Of a stretch of DNA of 64,000 nt, positions 29,768 to 40,101 are shown one piece after another. Each line of letters begins with the position of its first letter. Positions within the stretch are counted from its first letter, which is position 1. Location of the stretch: contig JBFLWF010000004.1 in NCBI GenBank assembly GCA_040758355.1, positions 1-64,000 on the forward strand. The letters run 5' to 3'. The notes under the pieces are model-generated. The model did no database searches, was not told the origin of the DNA, and saw only the letters and a program-made list of their open reading frames with translations. A program made the translations under genes and the position numbers. This stretch comes from Nitrospirota bacterium. GTDB lineage: Bacteria; Nitrospirota; Thermodesulfovibrionia; Thermodesulfovibrionales; Dissulfurispiraceae.

Positions 29768-29785
29768 CTGTAACTTAAGTTACAG
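29768..29785. promoter_or_regulatory. Perfect 18-bp palindrome, Crp-family-like operator
   Basis: CTGTAACTTAAGTTACAG (TGTAA-N6-TTACA). Confidence 0.5.
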
Positions 29786-29919
29786 AAATAAACAAATGTT
29801 TTCATAAATAATGATTTGTTTAGGATTCACATTCGTAAAAATTAACAACAAATTTACAACGATAACGGTTATTATTTAAAAAAATAATAGAAGTATTTAA
29901 AAAACGGGGGAATGCATTA

Positions 29920-31755
29920 ATGCCAAAACAGACCTTTCATGTAGTAATTCCAGACTATAAATACTGGCGGCAGAATATCAAGTGCCAGACAGGATGTCCT
30001 GTAAATACCGATTCCAGAGGATATGTAAGGGCCATATCGGATGGCGATTATGAAAAGGCATACTGGATAGCAAGGATGCCGAATCCCCTTGCATCCATAT
30101 GCGGCAGGGTATGCGCAGCACCATGCGAACTTGCCTGCAGGAGGGGCTGGATTGACGCCTCGATATCGATAAGGGCATTAAAGAGGTTTGTTACCGAGAA
30201 ATACGGTGTAGAGATATATAAAGATAAAAAGGATTTTGCAAAGGATTTCATAAACAGGTTTAAAGAAGAAGGTGTCGGTGTATCAGGCGTAACAGCTAAA
30301 GACATATCAAAGCCTATTTCCATTGTCGGCGCCGGGCCTGCCGGATTAGCATGCGCGCATGAGCTCGCACTCATGGGATATAAGCCCATAATCTATGAAA
30401 TGGAGAAGGTAGCCGGCGGCATGTGCGCTGTCGGGATTCCGCCGTACAGGCTTCCGAGGGAAATACTCCAGGCAGAGATAGATGCGATAAAGGCACTGGG
30501 TGTCGAGATAAGGCTTGGAGTTCAGATAGGCAAGGATATTCCAATAAAAAAATTATACGATGAATCTGCTGCGGTGCTTCTGTCTGTTGGCGCAAAAAAG
30601 TCGAGGATGCTTCCCATAGAAGGCGCTAACGGCAAAGGGGTATTGGGCGGAGTTGATTTCTTAAGAGACGTATTTACAGGCAAAGATGTGAAGATAGGGC
30701 CGAAGGTTGTAGTTATAGGGGGCGGCAATGTTGCATATGATGTGGCAAGGACTTCGGTAAGGCAGAAGGGTATTGAATCTGTCTCTCTCGTATGCCTTGA
30801 GGACTTAGAACATATGCTTGCCGACAAAATAGAGATAGAAGAAGGTGCCGAAGAAGGCATTGAGAGGTTTAACAGCTTTGGCCCTGAAAAGATAAATCTC
30901 GATGAAAACGGAGCTGTGAAGTCAATAACCTTCAAAAAGGTTATATCCATATTCGACAGCGAGGGGAATTTCAATCCGAGGTTTGACGAATCAGACACAA
31001 TGACACTTCCGGCAGATACAATCTTCTTTACAGTAGGACAGGCCTTTGACCTTTCATTTCTTGAAAATTGCGGACTCGATATCGAGAGGACGCCGAGAGG
31101 GACGATAAAGGTAGAACCGGACAAGATAACCACCTCTCTGCCAGGCCTCTTTGTGGCAGGCGACCTGTCATACGGCCCGAGGATTGTGATAGATGCTGTC
31201 GCGAGCGGTAAAAAGGCCGCGCTGGTGATCCATGAGTATATAAGCGGAAGGCATTTAACCATTAAGACATCAGAGATGCACATGGAGCATTACGGCAAGG
31301 ATGTTTTAAATAACGAGGTTTCGCATCCAGAGGATTACGAAAAGATAAAAAGGATCCCTGTTCCGGCACTGCCAACAGAAGAGAGGATAAAGGCCGTATT
31401 TGCTCCTGTTGAACTCGGTTTTACAAAGGATATGGCAGAGGGGCAGGGAGGGAGATGCCTGAACTGTGCTGTCAATACAATATTCAACGGCGACAGATGC
31501 ATACTCTGCGGAGGCTGTTCCGATGTATGCCCTGAATACTGTCTGAGGCTTGTAAGCCTCGAAAATATAAGAGGGGATGAGACCCTGACAGCCCTTTATA
31601 AAAACAGATACGGGAAAGAGCCTGAAGGCACGGGTTCGGCAATCATAAAGGACGAAGACAGGTGCATCAGGTGCGGTCTCTGCGCGAAGAGATGCCCTGT
31701 TGATGCAATAACAATGGAGAGATTTTTATTTAAGGAGGTATGGGTAAGTGAGTAA
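29920..31755 (+). CDS. GltD/NfnB/DsrL-like FAD-dependent NAD(P)H oxidoreductase with C-terminal 2x[4Fe-4S]
   Basis: [58 protein letters not shown]. Confidence 0.85.
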   Translation: MPKQTFHVVIPDYKYWRQNIKCQTGCPVNTDSRGYVRAISDGDYEKAYWIARMPNPLASICGRVCAAPCELACRRGWIDASISIRALKRFVTEKYGVEIYKDKKDFAKDFINRFKEEGVGVSGVTAKDISKPISIVGAGPAGLACAHELALMGYKPIIYEMEKVAGGMCAVGIPPYRLPREILQAEIDAIKALGVEIRLGVQIGKDIPIKKLYDESAAVLLSVGAKKSRMLPIEGANGKGVLGGVDFLRDVFTGKDVKIGPKVVVIGGGNVAYDVARTSVRQKGIESVSLVCLEDLEHMLADKIEIEEGAEEGIERFNSFGPEKINLDENGAVKSITFKKVISIFDSEGNFNPRFDESDTMTLPADTIFFTVGQAFDLSFLENCGLDIERTPRGTIKVEPDKITTSLPGLFVAGDLSYGPRIVIDAVASGKKAALVIHEYISGRHLTIKTSEMHMEHYGKDVLNNEVSHPEDYEKIKRIPVPALPTEERIKAVFAPVELGFTKDMAEGQGGRCLNCAVNTIFNGDRCILCGGCSDVCPEYCLRLVSLENIRGDETLTALYKNRYGKEPEGTGSAIIKDEDRCIRCGLCAKRCPVDAITMERFLFKEVWVSE

Positions 31756-32224
31756 CGAGGCTCATGAGAAAACAGGGATGTCAAGGCGGGACTTTTTAGG
31801 TCTTGCATCATTAGGCGCAGCCATAATTTCATCGCTGGCTGTATTAGCAGGAACATTTAGGATGTTCAAACCGAATGTTCGTTATGAAGAGTCGACAAAA
31901 TTCAAGATAGGCAAGCCGGAAGACTTCCCTGCAGGAACAGTAAGAAAGCTTGATGACAAAGGCATCTTTATATTTTCAAAGGATGACGGCATCTATGCGA
32001 TATCGGCTATATGCACGCATCTCGGCTGCATCGTGAATCAGGTAGATTGGGGATTCCTGTGTCCATGCCACGGCTCGAGATACAATGAGCATGGAAAGGT
32101 CATTGGAGGTCCTGCACCGAGGAGCCTTGCATGGCTCGAGATAAGCGAGGCTATTGACGGCAGCCTTGAAGTTGACACGGCAAAGAGTGTTCCTGTCGGG
32201 ACAAAGCTCAAACTTTATGCATAA
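31748..32224 (+). CDS. Rieske [2Fe-2S] protein (Tat-exported)
   Basis: SRRDFL; CTHLGC; CPCHGS; GPAPRSL. Confidence 0.93.
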   Translation: MSNEAHEKTGMSRRDFLGLASLGAAIISSLAVLAGTFRMFKPNVRYEESTKFKIGKPEDFPAGTVRKLDDKGIFIFSKDDGIYAISAICTHLGCIVNQVDWGFLCPCHGSRYNEHGKVIGGPAPRSLAWLEISEAIDGSLEVDTAKSVPVGTKLKLYA

Positions 32225-32244
32225 AAAATAAAGAGGTCAAGGCT

Positions 32245-33801
32245 ATGAATGAAATGAAACAATCCGGAATCGATGTATTTAAACATAACATTAAGTCTTT
32301 ACTGGGGTCGTTTGCAGGCTCCTATCTGAGAAGCGGCAAGCCCACATCCGACAAGTCGAGGGCGGCTGCAATGTTCAATAACTTTTTCCTCCATGTCCAG
32401 GGGGTCAAGACGCACATAAATACCTTAAGACCGACTTATACATTGGGTCTGGGGCTTATATCCTTCTTCCTTTTGATCATCACCGTCATATCGGGCGTCC
32501 TTCTTATGGTCTACTACAACCCATCGATAGAGCACGGGTATACCAGCGTAAAGGACATAAACTATGTGGTCTTTGCCGGCAAACTGATAAGGAATGTGCA
32601 TAAATGGGCAGGCGAAGGAATGATAATCTTTGTCCTGCTGCACATGGCAAGGGTCTTCTACACAAGCTCATACAAAAAAGGAAGGGAATTCAACTGGGTT
32701 GTCGGCATAGTACTGCTGATACTCACATTCGGAATCAACCTATCTGGTTATATGCTTCCATGGGATCAGCTTTCATACTGGGCATTGGTTATTGTTGCAA
32801 ACATCATACAATCTCCAAAAGAGATCACAGACTCGCTGGGCATAACAAACTTCTTCGATATCGGCGGCTTCTCTAAAGAGCTATTCCTCGGCGGTTTAAC
32901 TGCAGGCAAGGAATCCCTCACAAGGGTCTATCTACTCCATATAATGCTCTTTCCAATCTTTTTATTCATATTCCTCGGCGTGCATTTCTGGAGGATAAGA
33001 AAGGATGGAGGTCTCACAAAACCGGATGTGTTTGAGCCAAAGCCCATCGATGCAGGATTGGCAGCAATTCCTGAAAAAAGAGGAGGCATATTCCCTACAA
33101 ACAAGACATATGGCCTTATGGAGCTTGCCCATGGCAGGACGCCTGTTGTTGACAGGGATGTGGAAAACACCGTGCTCAGCTGGCCGAATCTCTTAATAGC
33201 AGAGGCAGCGTTGTTTGTATTCTGCCTTGCCGGCGTCACTGTTTATTCATTCTTTATAGACGCGCCGCTTAAAGAATTAGCTAATCCGATGATACCAGAA
33301 AACCCTGCAAAGGCGCCGTGGTATTTTCTTGGTCTTCAGGAACTTCTCTCATACTCTGCATTTATGGGCGGGGTAGGCCTTCCGGGATTGGCGCTCTTAG
33401 GGCTTGCACTTATACCGTATCTTGACAGGGAAGAACAGCATGTAGGAATCTGGTTTTCTAACAAACAGGGGAAGCGTGTTGCCATCGAGGCGCTGATTGC
33501 TGGCACGATTGTAGTAATCGGACTTCTTGCATTCGTGATAAATTTCGGATGGTTCAGGAACTGGTGGCCCAATGTTCCGCAGCTTTTAATCACCCTCATA
33601 AACCCGGGTAATATCTGGGTGGGCTTTATGATTGCGTGGTCGATTTATGTGATAAAGAGGACAGGTTCAACGAGGATGGGTGCAATAGCCTTATTCACGA
33701 TGTTCCTGATCAGCTTTCTGATTTATACATATGTAGGAACTGAATTAAGAGGGCCAAACTGGGATTTCTTCTGGTCGAAGAGCCAGTGGCCGGCTCATTA
33801 A
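32245..33801 (+). CDS. Cytochrome b (fused b6 + subunit IV) of a Rieske/cyt b complex
   Basis: RNVH, LHMAR, GYMLPWDQ, LLH, VHF; PAKAPWYF in place of PEWY. Confidence 0.9.
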   Translation: MNEMKQSGIDVFKHNIKSLLGSFAGSYLRSGKPTSDKSRAAAMFNNFFLHVQGVKTHINTLRPTYTLGLGLISFFLLIITVISGVLLMVYYNPSIEHGYTSVKDINYVVFAGKLIRNVHKWAGEGMIIFVLLHMARVFYTSSYKKGREFNWVVGIVLLILTFGINLSGYMLPWDQLSYWALVIVANIIQSPKEITDSLGITNFFDIGGFSKELFLGGLTAGKESLTRVYLLHIMLFPIFLFIFLGVHFWRIRKDGGLTKPDVFEPKPIDAGLAAIPEKRGGIFPTNKTYGLMELAHGRTPVVDRDVENTVLSWPNLLIAEAALFVFCLAGVTVYSFFIDAPLKELANPMIPENPAKAPWYFLGLQELLSYSAFMGGVGLPGLALLGLALIPYLDREEQHVGIWFSNKQGKRVAIEALIAGTIVVIGLLAFVINFGWFRNWWPNVPQLLITLINPGNIWVGFMIAWSIYVIKRTGSTRMGAIALFTMFLISFLIYTYVGTELRGPNWDFFWSKSQWPAH

Positions 33802-33850
33802 TTAAGAGAGCAAGTGAGTGATCAAATTTTAAGATAAAAGAGGGAGAGAC

Positions 33851-35266
33851 ATGCGCAACAGGTTCTTTTTATGGATATTGTTTTTGTCCGGAGCAGTTCT
33901 CTTTGTTTTTACACTGATTGCTGCTTACAGGGAGATATCGCCTGAATGGAAGAGATATCAGGCGCAATACAAAGAGCAGATCATCAAACTCGCAAAAGAC
34001 GATGCAGTGAAAAAAAAGGCAAAGGAATTGGTTCCGGCAGTGCAGCAGATGTACCTTGGAGCCCTTAACAGGATTGACCGCTGCACGAGCTGCCATATAG
34101 GCGTCGAAAATCCGATGATGGCGAATGCCAAACTGCCGCTTAAGCAGCACAGCGGTGATTATTTAAAGAATCATCCACCTGATAAGTTTGGCTGCACTGT
34201 CTGCCATTACGGACAGGGCCGCGCCACAAACAAAAAAGAGGCGCATGCTGCAACCCGCGATACGCATTGGGACTTCCCGACCATGCCATTAAAGTATATA
34301 CAGAGTTCATGCACGCAATGCCATGATTACGAGATGCTGAGCGCAAAGGGCTATGACAATATCGTTAAGGGGGCAAAACTCTTCAGGGAAAAAGGGTGCA
34401 GGGGATGCCACAAACTAAATGGCATCGGAGGCGCTCTCGGCAAAAAGCTCGATGTTGTCGGCTCACAGCCGATTGCATACTTCCCGATGAGATTTGTCGA
34501 AGGCGACAAGACAACCTACAACTGGCACAAACAGCACTTCACCGATCCGAGGGCGCTTGTCCCGGAGAGCGAGATGAAGATCAATGTTAAGCCGGAGGAA
34601 ACGGATTTGCTGGCAACCTATGCGCTCTCACTCCGCGCAGGGGAGATGCCCAAAGATTACAGGAGAATAAAGGGTACAATGACTGTAGAAAAGCCCGACG
34701 AAGGCGAAGCGCTTTACAAGATGTTCTGCATCGCATGCCATACAGATGGCAAGGAGAGCTACTTTGATGAGATATTCAACCGCACAGTCCCTGCGATTAT
34801 GAAACCTGCGTTCTTAAAGACTGCCGATGAAAAGTACATCAAAAAGGTTATGGAAGATGGTCGTGCAGGCACACAGATGACCTCATGGAAGGCAACTGCC
34901 GGAGGACTTACCGATGCAGAGATTAACAAGATAATCACCTATATAACAAAGGATAGACCGGCTGCAAAACCCGAGAGGTTTGATTTTGCCGGATTTAAAA
35001 CGGATTTAAAACGCGGCGAAGATCTATACAATATCCGCTGTGCGCTCTGCCACGGCAAAAAAGGTCAGGGCGGTGAGGGATTCCTTGGGCTTAACCTGAG
35101 AAATCCTGTGGTGCAGGGCGCCGACCCCGAGTTTCTTGCCATAACGGTCAGGGATGGAAGGTCAGAGACATCCATGCCTCCATTCGGCAAAAAAGGCGTG
35201 GGGCTTACAGACCATGATATAGCAGATGTGGTCTCTTATGTAAAAACACTGTCAAAAAAGAAATGA
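33851..35266 (+). CDS. Membrane-anchored hexaheme cytochrome c
   Basis: Six CxxCH motifs (CTSCH, CTVCH, CTQCH, CRGCH, CIACH, CALCH). Confidence 0.88.
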   Translation: MRNRFFLWILFLSGAVLFVFTLIAAYREISPEWKRYQAQYKEQIIKLAKDDAVKKKAKELVPAVQQMYLGALNRIDRCTSCHIGVENPMMANAKLPLKQHSGDYLKNHPPDKFGCTVCHYGQGRATNKKEAHAATRDTHWDFPTMPLKYIQSSCTQCHDYEMLSAKGYDNIVKGAKLFREKGCRGCHKLNGIGGALGKKLDVVGSQPIAYFPMRFVEGDKTTYNWHKQHFTDPRALVPESEMKINVKPEETDLLATYALSLRAGEMPKDYRRIKGTMTVEKPDEGEALYKMFCIACHTDGKESYFDEIFNRTVPAIMKPAFLKTADEKYIKKVMEDGRAGTQMTSWKATAGGLTDAEINKIITYITKDRPAAKPERFDFAGFKTDLKRGEDLYNIRCALCHGKKGQGGEGFLGLNLRNPVVQGADPEFLAITVRDGRSETSMPPFGKKGVGLTDHDIADVVSYVKTLSKKK

Positions 35267-35300
35267 TTGAAATTAAATATAAAGTGTGAGAGGATTGGAG

Positions 35301-36059
35301 ATGAAAGTTAAAGTATTTGTATTGTCGGTTATTCTCTTAATGTCTCAACAAACAGTCTTTGGAGCAGAGGCTCAAAAGGGCGATTTAGGCAAGAAGGTTT
35401 ATGAAGAGCGCTGCCAGATTTGCCATGGCGCAAAAGGCGATGGCAAGGGACTGGTGGGCGTTATGAAGAGGTCGGAAAAGAGTGGAAGAATTATAAATGT
35501 AGAGGCGAGGGACTTTACCCTCGGTGTCTTCAGGTTCCGCACCACCTCAACCGGATGTCTGCCTGCAAATGAAGACCTTGTATCTTTAGTAAATAAGGGC
35601 ATTCCAAGGTCATTTATGCCGCCTCATAAAGACCAGCTTTCAATGGAAGAAAAGAAGGCTGTTGCCGACCATATAAAGACCTTTTCAACGAGGTGGAAAG
35701 AGGAAGAACCCTGCAAATCCATACCTGTAAAAAAACCAAAATGGGTTGGCAGTCGTTCTTCTGTTGAAAAGGGCAAAAAGATATATAAAGAGATGAAATG
35801 CTGGGAATGCCACGGCGATGATGGAAAAGGCAAAGGACCAAAGTCGGATACGATCAAAGACGACTGGGGAAAACCTATAGTGCCGTTTGATTTTACTACA
35901 GGCGCTACCAAGATGGGAGATGCCCCTGAAAATGTTTATACAGCATATACAACAGGACTTGACGGCACGGGTATGCCTTCATATGAGGACTCTCTGAAAG
36001 AGGACGAGAGATGGCATCTTGTCTCATATACGCTCAAATTGATGGGAAAGGTTAAGTAG
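35301..36059 (+). CDS. Periplasmic diheme cytochrome c, paralog 1
   Basis: Signal peptide; CQICH, CWECH; distal MP motifs. Confidence 0.88.
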   Translation: MKVKVFVLSVILLMSQQTVFGAEAQKGDLGKKVYEERCQICHGAKGDGKGLVGVMKRSEKSGRIINVEARDFTLGVFRFRTTSTGCLPANEDLVSLVNKGIPRSFMPPHKDQLSMEEKKAVADHIKTFSTRWKEEEPCKSIPVKKPKWVGSRSSVEKGKKIYKEMKCWECHGDDGKGKGPKSDTIKDDWGKPIVPFDFTTGATKMGDAPENVYTAYTTGLDGTGMPSYEDSLKEDERWHLVSYTLKLMGKVK

Positions 36060-36218
36060 GGCCTCTGAAGGCCTTTATCTTACAGCACAAGGGGGTGAAT
36101 ATCGAAGAAAAAAGCACGGGGGAATTAGATTAAGGGGTAGCAGTATCTTTTAAACAGTCGGGTAAAAGGAGCAACAAACAGTATCAATAAAAATTGATAC
36201 AAACGGGGAGGCAGAAAA

Positions 36219-37004
36219 ATGAAAGATAATAGTAAAAAGTTAACGACTGCTACAATAATCTTTTTAATGCTTCTAACATTGATCGTTGGAGCAGTTGCTG
36301 TGGATGCAGCAGAGAATAAGACAATCGAGTTGGGCAAGAAGGTCTATGAAAAACGTTGTGTTATCTGCCACGGCCCTAAAGGCGATGGCAAGGGGCTGGT
36401 CGGCATCGTTCACAGGTACCAGAAGAGGGGTGCTGTACAGACTATTTTCCCGAGGGATTTTACAACAGGAGTTTATAGATTCCGCACAACTGCCACAGGT
36501 TGCCTGCCGACAAACGACGATCTTCTGAGAGTTGTAACAGGCGGTATTCCGAGGGCATACATGCCGTCTCATGAGGATGTGCCATTGGATGAAAGGAAAG
36601 CCGTCGCAGAGTATATCAAGACATTTTCAAAAAGGTGGAAAGAGGAAGAAGCGTGCAAGCCTTTTATCGTGAAAGCTCCCAAGTGGGTTGGAAATTCCGA
36701 ATCAACGGATAAAGGTAAAAAATTATACAAAGAGATGAAGTGCTGGGAGTGCCACGGCGAGCACGGCAAGGGTGACGGTCCCAAATCAGACAGGCTGAAA
36801 GACGACTGGGGAGATCCGATACTTCCATTTGATTTTACTACTGGTGCCCTTAAACTGGGGTTTGCTCCCGAAAATGTTTACACAGCATATACAACAGGAC
36901 TCGATGGTTCGGGCATGCCGTCTTATGAGGACTCAATGAGCGAGGAAGATAGATGGCATCTTGTATCGTATACCCTGATATTGATGGGACGCACCAAGAA
37001 ATAA
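36219..37004 (+). CDS. Periplasmic diheme cytochrome c, paralog 2
   Basis: CVICH, CWECH; highly similar to the preceding gene. Confidence 0.88.
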   Translation: MKDNSKKLTTATIIFLMLLTLIVGAVAVDAAENKTIELGKKVYEKRCVICHGPKGDGKGLVGIVHRYQKRGAVQTIFPRDFTTGVYRFRTTATGCLPTNDDLLRVVTGGIPRAYMPSHEDVPLDERKAVAEYIKTFSKRWKEEEACKPFIVKAPKWVGNSESTDKGKKLYKEMKCWECHGEHGKGDGPKSDRLKDDWGDPILPFDFTTGALKLGFAPENVYTAYTTGLDGSGMPSYEDSMSEEDRWHLVSYTLILMGRTKK

Positions 37005-37042
37005 TTTCTTCATGAAACCGAGAAAAAGAAGGAGGTTTGGAA

Positions 37043-38899
37043 ATGTCTGAAAATAAAAATAAAGACAAAAAGCTTGACAGAAGAGGTTTTCTTAAATTTT
37101 TAGGCGTTGCCGGTGCTGCTGCAGGCGCAGGCATGATTACAAAGGAAATTATCCCGGATTCGGCAAAGAAGACCATTGTAGCAAAGGCTGAGGCTGCTGC
37201 CAACGGCAAGCAGAAGTATGAGGTAAAGCCCGGCGAGTATGATACACACTATGGCTTCTGGAGCGGAGGCCATTCGGGCGAGGTAAGGATTCTTGGTGTC
37301 CCTTCAATGCGCGAGCTCAAAAGGATACCGGTCTTTAACCTGGAGTGCGGCTCCGGCTGGGGATATACCAATGAGAGCAAGAAGCTCCTGAGAGGCGTTA
37401 CTGTTGGAGATACCCATCATGTCCACGGCTCTTATAAAAACGGCACATATGATGGCAAATACCTCTTTGTGAACGATAAGATCAACAACAGGGTTGCGAG
37501 GATAAGGATCGATTATATGGAGGTGGATGCGATACTTGAAGTGCCCAATATACAGGGAATGCACGGACTCTTCCCGCAGAGGCATCCAAAGACAGAATGG
37601 GTTGTTGTAAACAGCGAATTTCAGGTGCCTTTCCCCAACAGGCCGGAAGCGCCGCAAAAGGAGTATTATGGAGCACATACCATAATAGATGCAGAAAGGA
37701 TGGCAGTAATATGCCAGGTCATGATAGAGGAAAACCTTGACCTTGCTGCAACAGATTATCAGGGCAAATACTCGATGGCTACTTCCTACAACACGGAGCA
37801 GGGTGTTGTCATCTCAGAGATGCTCGCAGCCGACCATGACTACATGATTGTCTTTAACTGGGAAAGGATAAGGAATGCGCTGAAGAAAGGCAATTACAAG
37901 ACTATAAACGGCGTGAAGGTCATAGACGGAAGGAGGGGTAAATCCGACATAGTTTTAAGGATACCTGTTCCGAAGAACCCGCATGGCGTCAACATATCGC
38001 CTGACGGGAAATATGCTGTCTGCTCAGGAAAGGTCTCTCCGACATGTACGGTTGTCGACCTCTCAAAGTTGGACCTTGCCTATGCAGGAAAGATAAAGCC
38101 GGCAGAATGCGTAGTTGCAGAGCCGTTCATAGGGCTTGGTCCGCTGCATACAACATTTGACGGCAGGGGCAATGCCATAACATCCGTATTCATTGACAGC
38201 ACCAATGTGAAATGGAATATTGCCAAGGCAATTGAAGCAGAAAGGCAGGGACCCGAGGCAAAGAAGAAGAACCCGCATATTGTGGATGTCCTGGATGTCC
38301 ACTACCAGGTAGGACACATGATGGCATCAATGGCCGAGACAAAAGAGCCGGACGGCAAATGGCTCATATCGCTTAATAAGATGTCAAAGGACAGATTCAT
38401 CAATGTGGGCCCGCTGAAGCCCGAGTGTGAACAGCTTGTGGACTGTAGCGGCGACAAGCTCAAGATCGTTCATGACGGCTCGGCTTATATAGAGCCACAT
38501 GACGTTATCCTTGTGAGGAGGGATTTAATAGAGCCGCATGTAAAAGACCGTTACAATATGTTTGAACATCCACTTGCAACAACAAAGAGCGGGGTTGAGA
38601 GGAAGGGGAATGATGTTATTGTCAGAATGACAGCAAATGCCCCGATGTACGGGCTTCAGGAAGTCAGGGTGAAGAAAGGCAACAGGGTTACTGTCATTGT
38701 GACGAACAATGATGAGATATCCGATCTTACGCACGGCTTTGCCCTTGAACGCCACAACATCAGCTTTGTGGTCGCACCCTTCCAGACAAAATCAGCGACA
38801 TTCACAGCAGACAAGCCCGGCGTATACTGGGCATACTGCACAAACTTCTGCCATGCACTACACCTCGAGATGAGGATGAGGTTCATAGTGGAAGCATGA
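37043..38899 (+). CDS. nosZ: Nitrous oxide reductase with Tat signal
   Basis: DRRGFLK; CuZ histidines (DTHH, MHG, NPHG, GPLH, VGH, EPH); CuA HG...CTNFCHALHLEM; no C-terminal heme domain. Confidence 0.97.
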   Translation: MSENKNKDKKLDRRGFLKFLGVAGAAAGAGMITKEIIPDSAKKTIVAKAEAAANGKQKYEVKPGEYDTHYGFWSGGHSGEVRILGVPSMRELKRIPVFNLECGSGWGYTNESKKLLRGVTVGDTHHVHGSYKNGTYDGKYLFVNDKINNRVARIRIDYMEVDAILEVPNIQGMHGLFPQRHPKTEWVVVNSEFQVPFPNRPEAPQKEYYGAHTIIDAERMAVICQVMIEENLDLAATDYQGKYSMATSYNTEQGVVISEMLAADHDYMIVFNWERIRNALKKGNYKTINGVKVIDGRRGKSDIVLRIPVPKNPHGVNISPDGKYAVCSGKVSPTCTVVDLSKLDLAYAGKIKPAECVVAEPFIGLGPLHTTFDGRGNAITSVFIDSTNVKWNIAKAIEAERQGPEAKKKNPHIVDVLDVHYQVGHMMASMAETKEPDGKWLISLNKMSKDRFINVGPLKPECEQLVDCSGDKLKIVHDGSAYIEPHDVILVRRDLIEPHVKDRYNMFEHPLATTKSGVERKGNDVIVRMTANAPMYGLQEVRVKKGNRVTVIVTNNDEISDLTHGFALERHNISFVVAPFQTKSATFTADKPGVYWAYCTNFCHALHLEMRMRFIVEA

Positions 38900-38911
38900 T
38901 TGTATAAACAA

Positions 38912-38947
38912 GAATTGGGGTCAGGAAATCGCTCCTGACCCCAATTC
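38912..38947 (+). terminator. 15-bp stem-loop after nosZ (terminator or mRNA stabiliser)
   Basis: GAATTGGGGTCAGGA-aatcgc-TCCTGACCCCAATTC. Confidence 0.7.
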
Positions 38948-39018
38948 AATTCTTGATTATAAGAACAGATAGTAATTTATGTTAAAGTATAAATTATAAT
39001 TAGAAAGAAGGAACTGCC

Positions 39019-40098
39019 ATGAGAAAAACCATACTATCACTAATATTCCTTTTTGTTTTCATTTACACAGGCATTGGGTACAGTGAGCAATGGAAACTGT
39101 TTGAACATAGATACAGCTATAAATTGGAGGATGTGCTTCAGGCATCGAAATTTGTACAGAAAAAGGGCTACTGGGAAGGTTACAAAGATAATAAACTCGT
39201 AGGTTATGTCTTTATATCCAAGGATTGGACGAGCAAATTGGTCGGTTATGCAGGTAAGCATCTCGAAACGCTTATCGGTATGGATACAAACGGAAACATT
39301 ACGGGCGTAAAACTTCTCTTTCACTCGGAGCCTATAGTCCTGATCGGCCTTAAAGAGGAGCATTATCTGGACTTTATAAAACAATATAAAGGGAAAAACA
39401 TAAAGAGCCCCCTGTCTGTGGGCAGGGAAATATCGATGGATGTCATTACAGGGGCTACGGTTACTGCTGTCGTTCAGAACTCGATAATCCTCGAGAGTGC
39501 GAGAAAGGTTGCCGATGCCACAGGCGTGCTGAAGGTTGCAAAAGGCAAAGGTCGGAAGCTCAGCCAGAAATATGCAGCGCTCACATGGGATGAACTGAAG
39601 AAATCAGGCGCACTTAAAAACATCGTGATAAGGCACAAAGACCTGGGAATCGAAGGCGAAGACCCCTTTCTCGACCTCTATGTCGGAGTTGCGACACAGC
39701 CTTCCATAGGCAGGAGTCTTCTCGGAGATGCTCTCTACAGGGATATCATGGGAAGGCTGAAGAACGGCGAATCTGCGATAGTCATATTTTCAAGAGGGAA
39801 AGGGTCGTTTAAAGGCACCGGATTTGTCCGCGGAGGCGTATTTGACAGATTTAATATTGAACAGGGCGCCAAGGTTCATATGCTGACGGACAAGGATTAC
39901 AGGGTCTTATCCGAACTCCATGCAAAGGGCGCTCCATCTATAGATGAAGGGGGCGTGTTCATTATCAGGGGCAGGGATTTTGATCCGACAGAGCCTTTTA
40001 AATTGAATCTTATACTCCCTTACCGTGTTTCTGTTGCCAAAAAGGAGTTCAAATCTTTTTATACGGAGTACGAGATTCCGGAGAGGTTTTTAGAATAA
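39019..40098 (+). CDS. nosR: NosR N-terminal periplasmic FMN-binding part
   Basis: GYAGK, HSEPI.LIG, DVITGATVT flavinylation motif, FKG.GFVRGG.FDR. Confidence 0.85.
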   Translation: MRKTILSLIFLFVFIYTGIGYSEQWKLFEHRYSYKLEDVLQASKFVQKKGYWEGYKDNKLVGYVFISKDWTSKLVGYAGKHLETLIGMDTNGNITGVKLLFHSEPIVLIGLKEEHYLDFIKQYKGKNIKSPLSVGREISMDVITGATVTAVVQNSIILESARKVADATGVLKVAKGKGRKLSQKYAALTWDELKKSGALKNIVIRHKDLGIEGEDPFLDLYVGVATQPSIGRSLLGDALYRDIMGRLKNGESAIVIFSRGKGSFKGTGFVRGGVFDRFNIEQGAKVHMLTDKDYRVLSELHAKGAPSIDEGGVFIIRGRDFDPTEPFKLNLILPYRVSVAKKEFKSFYTEYEIPERFLE

Positions 40099-40101
40099 TT
40101 C

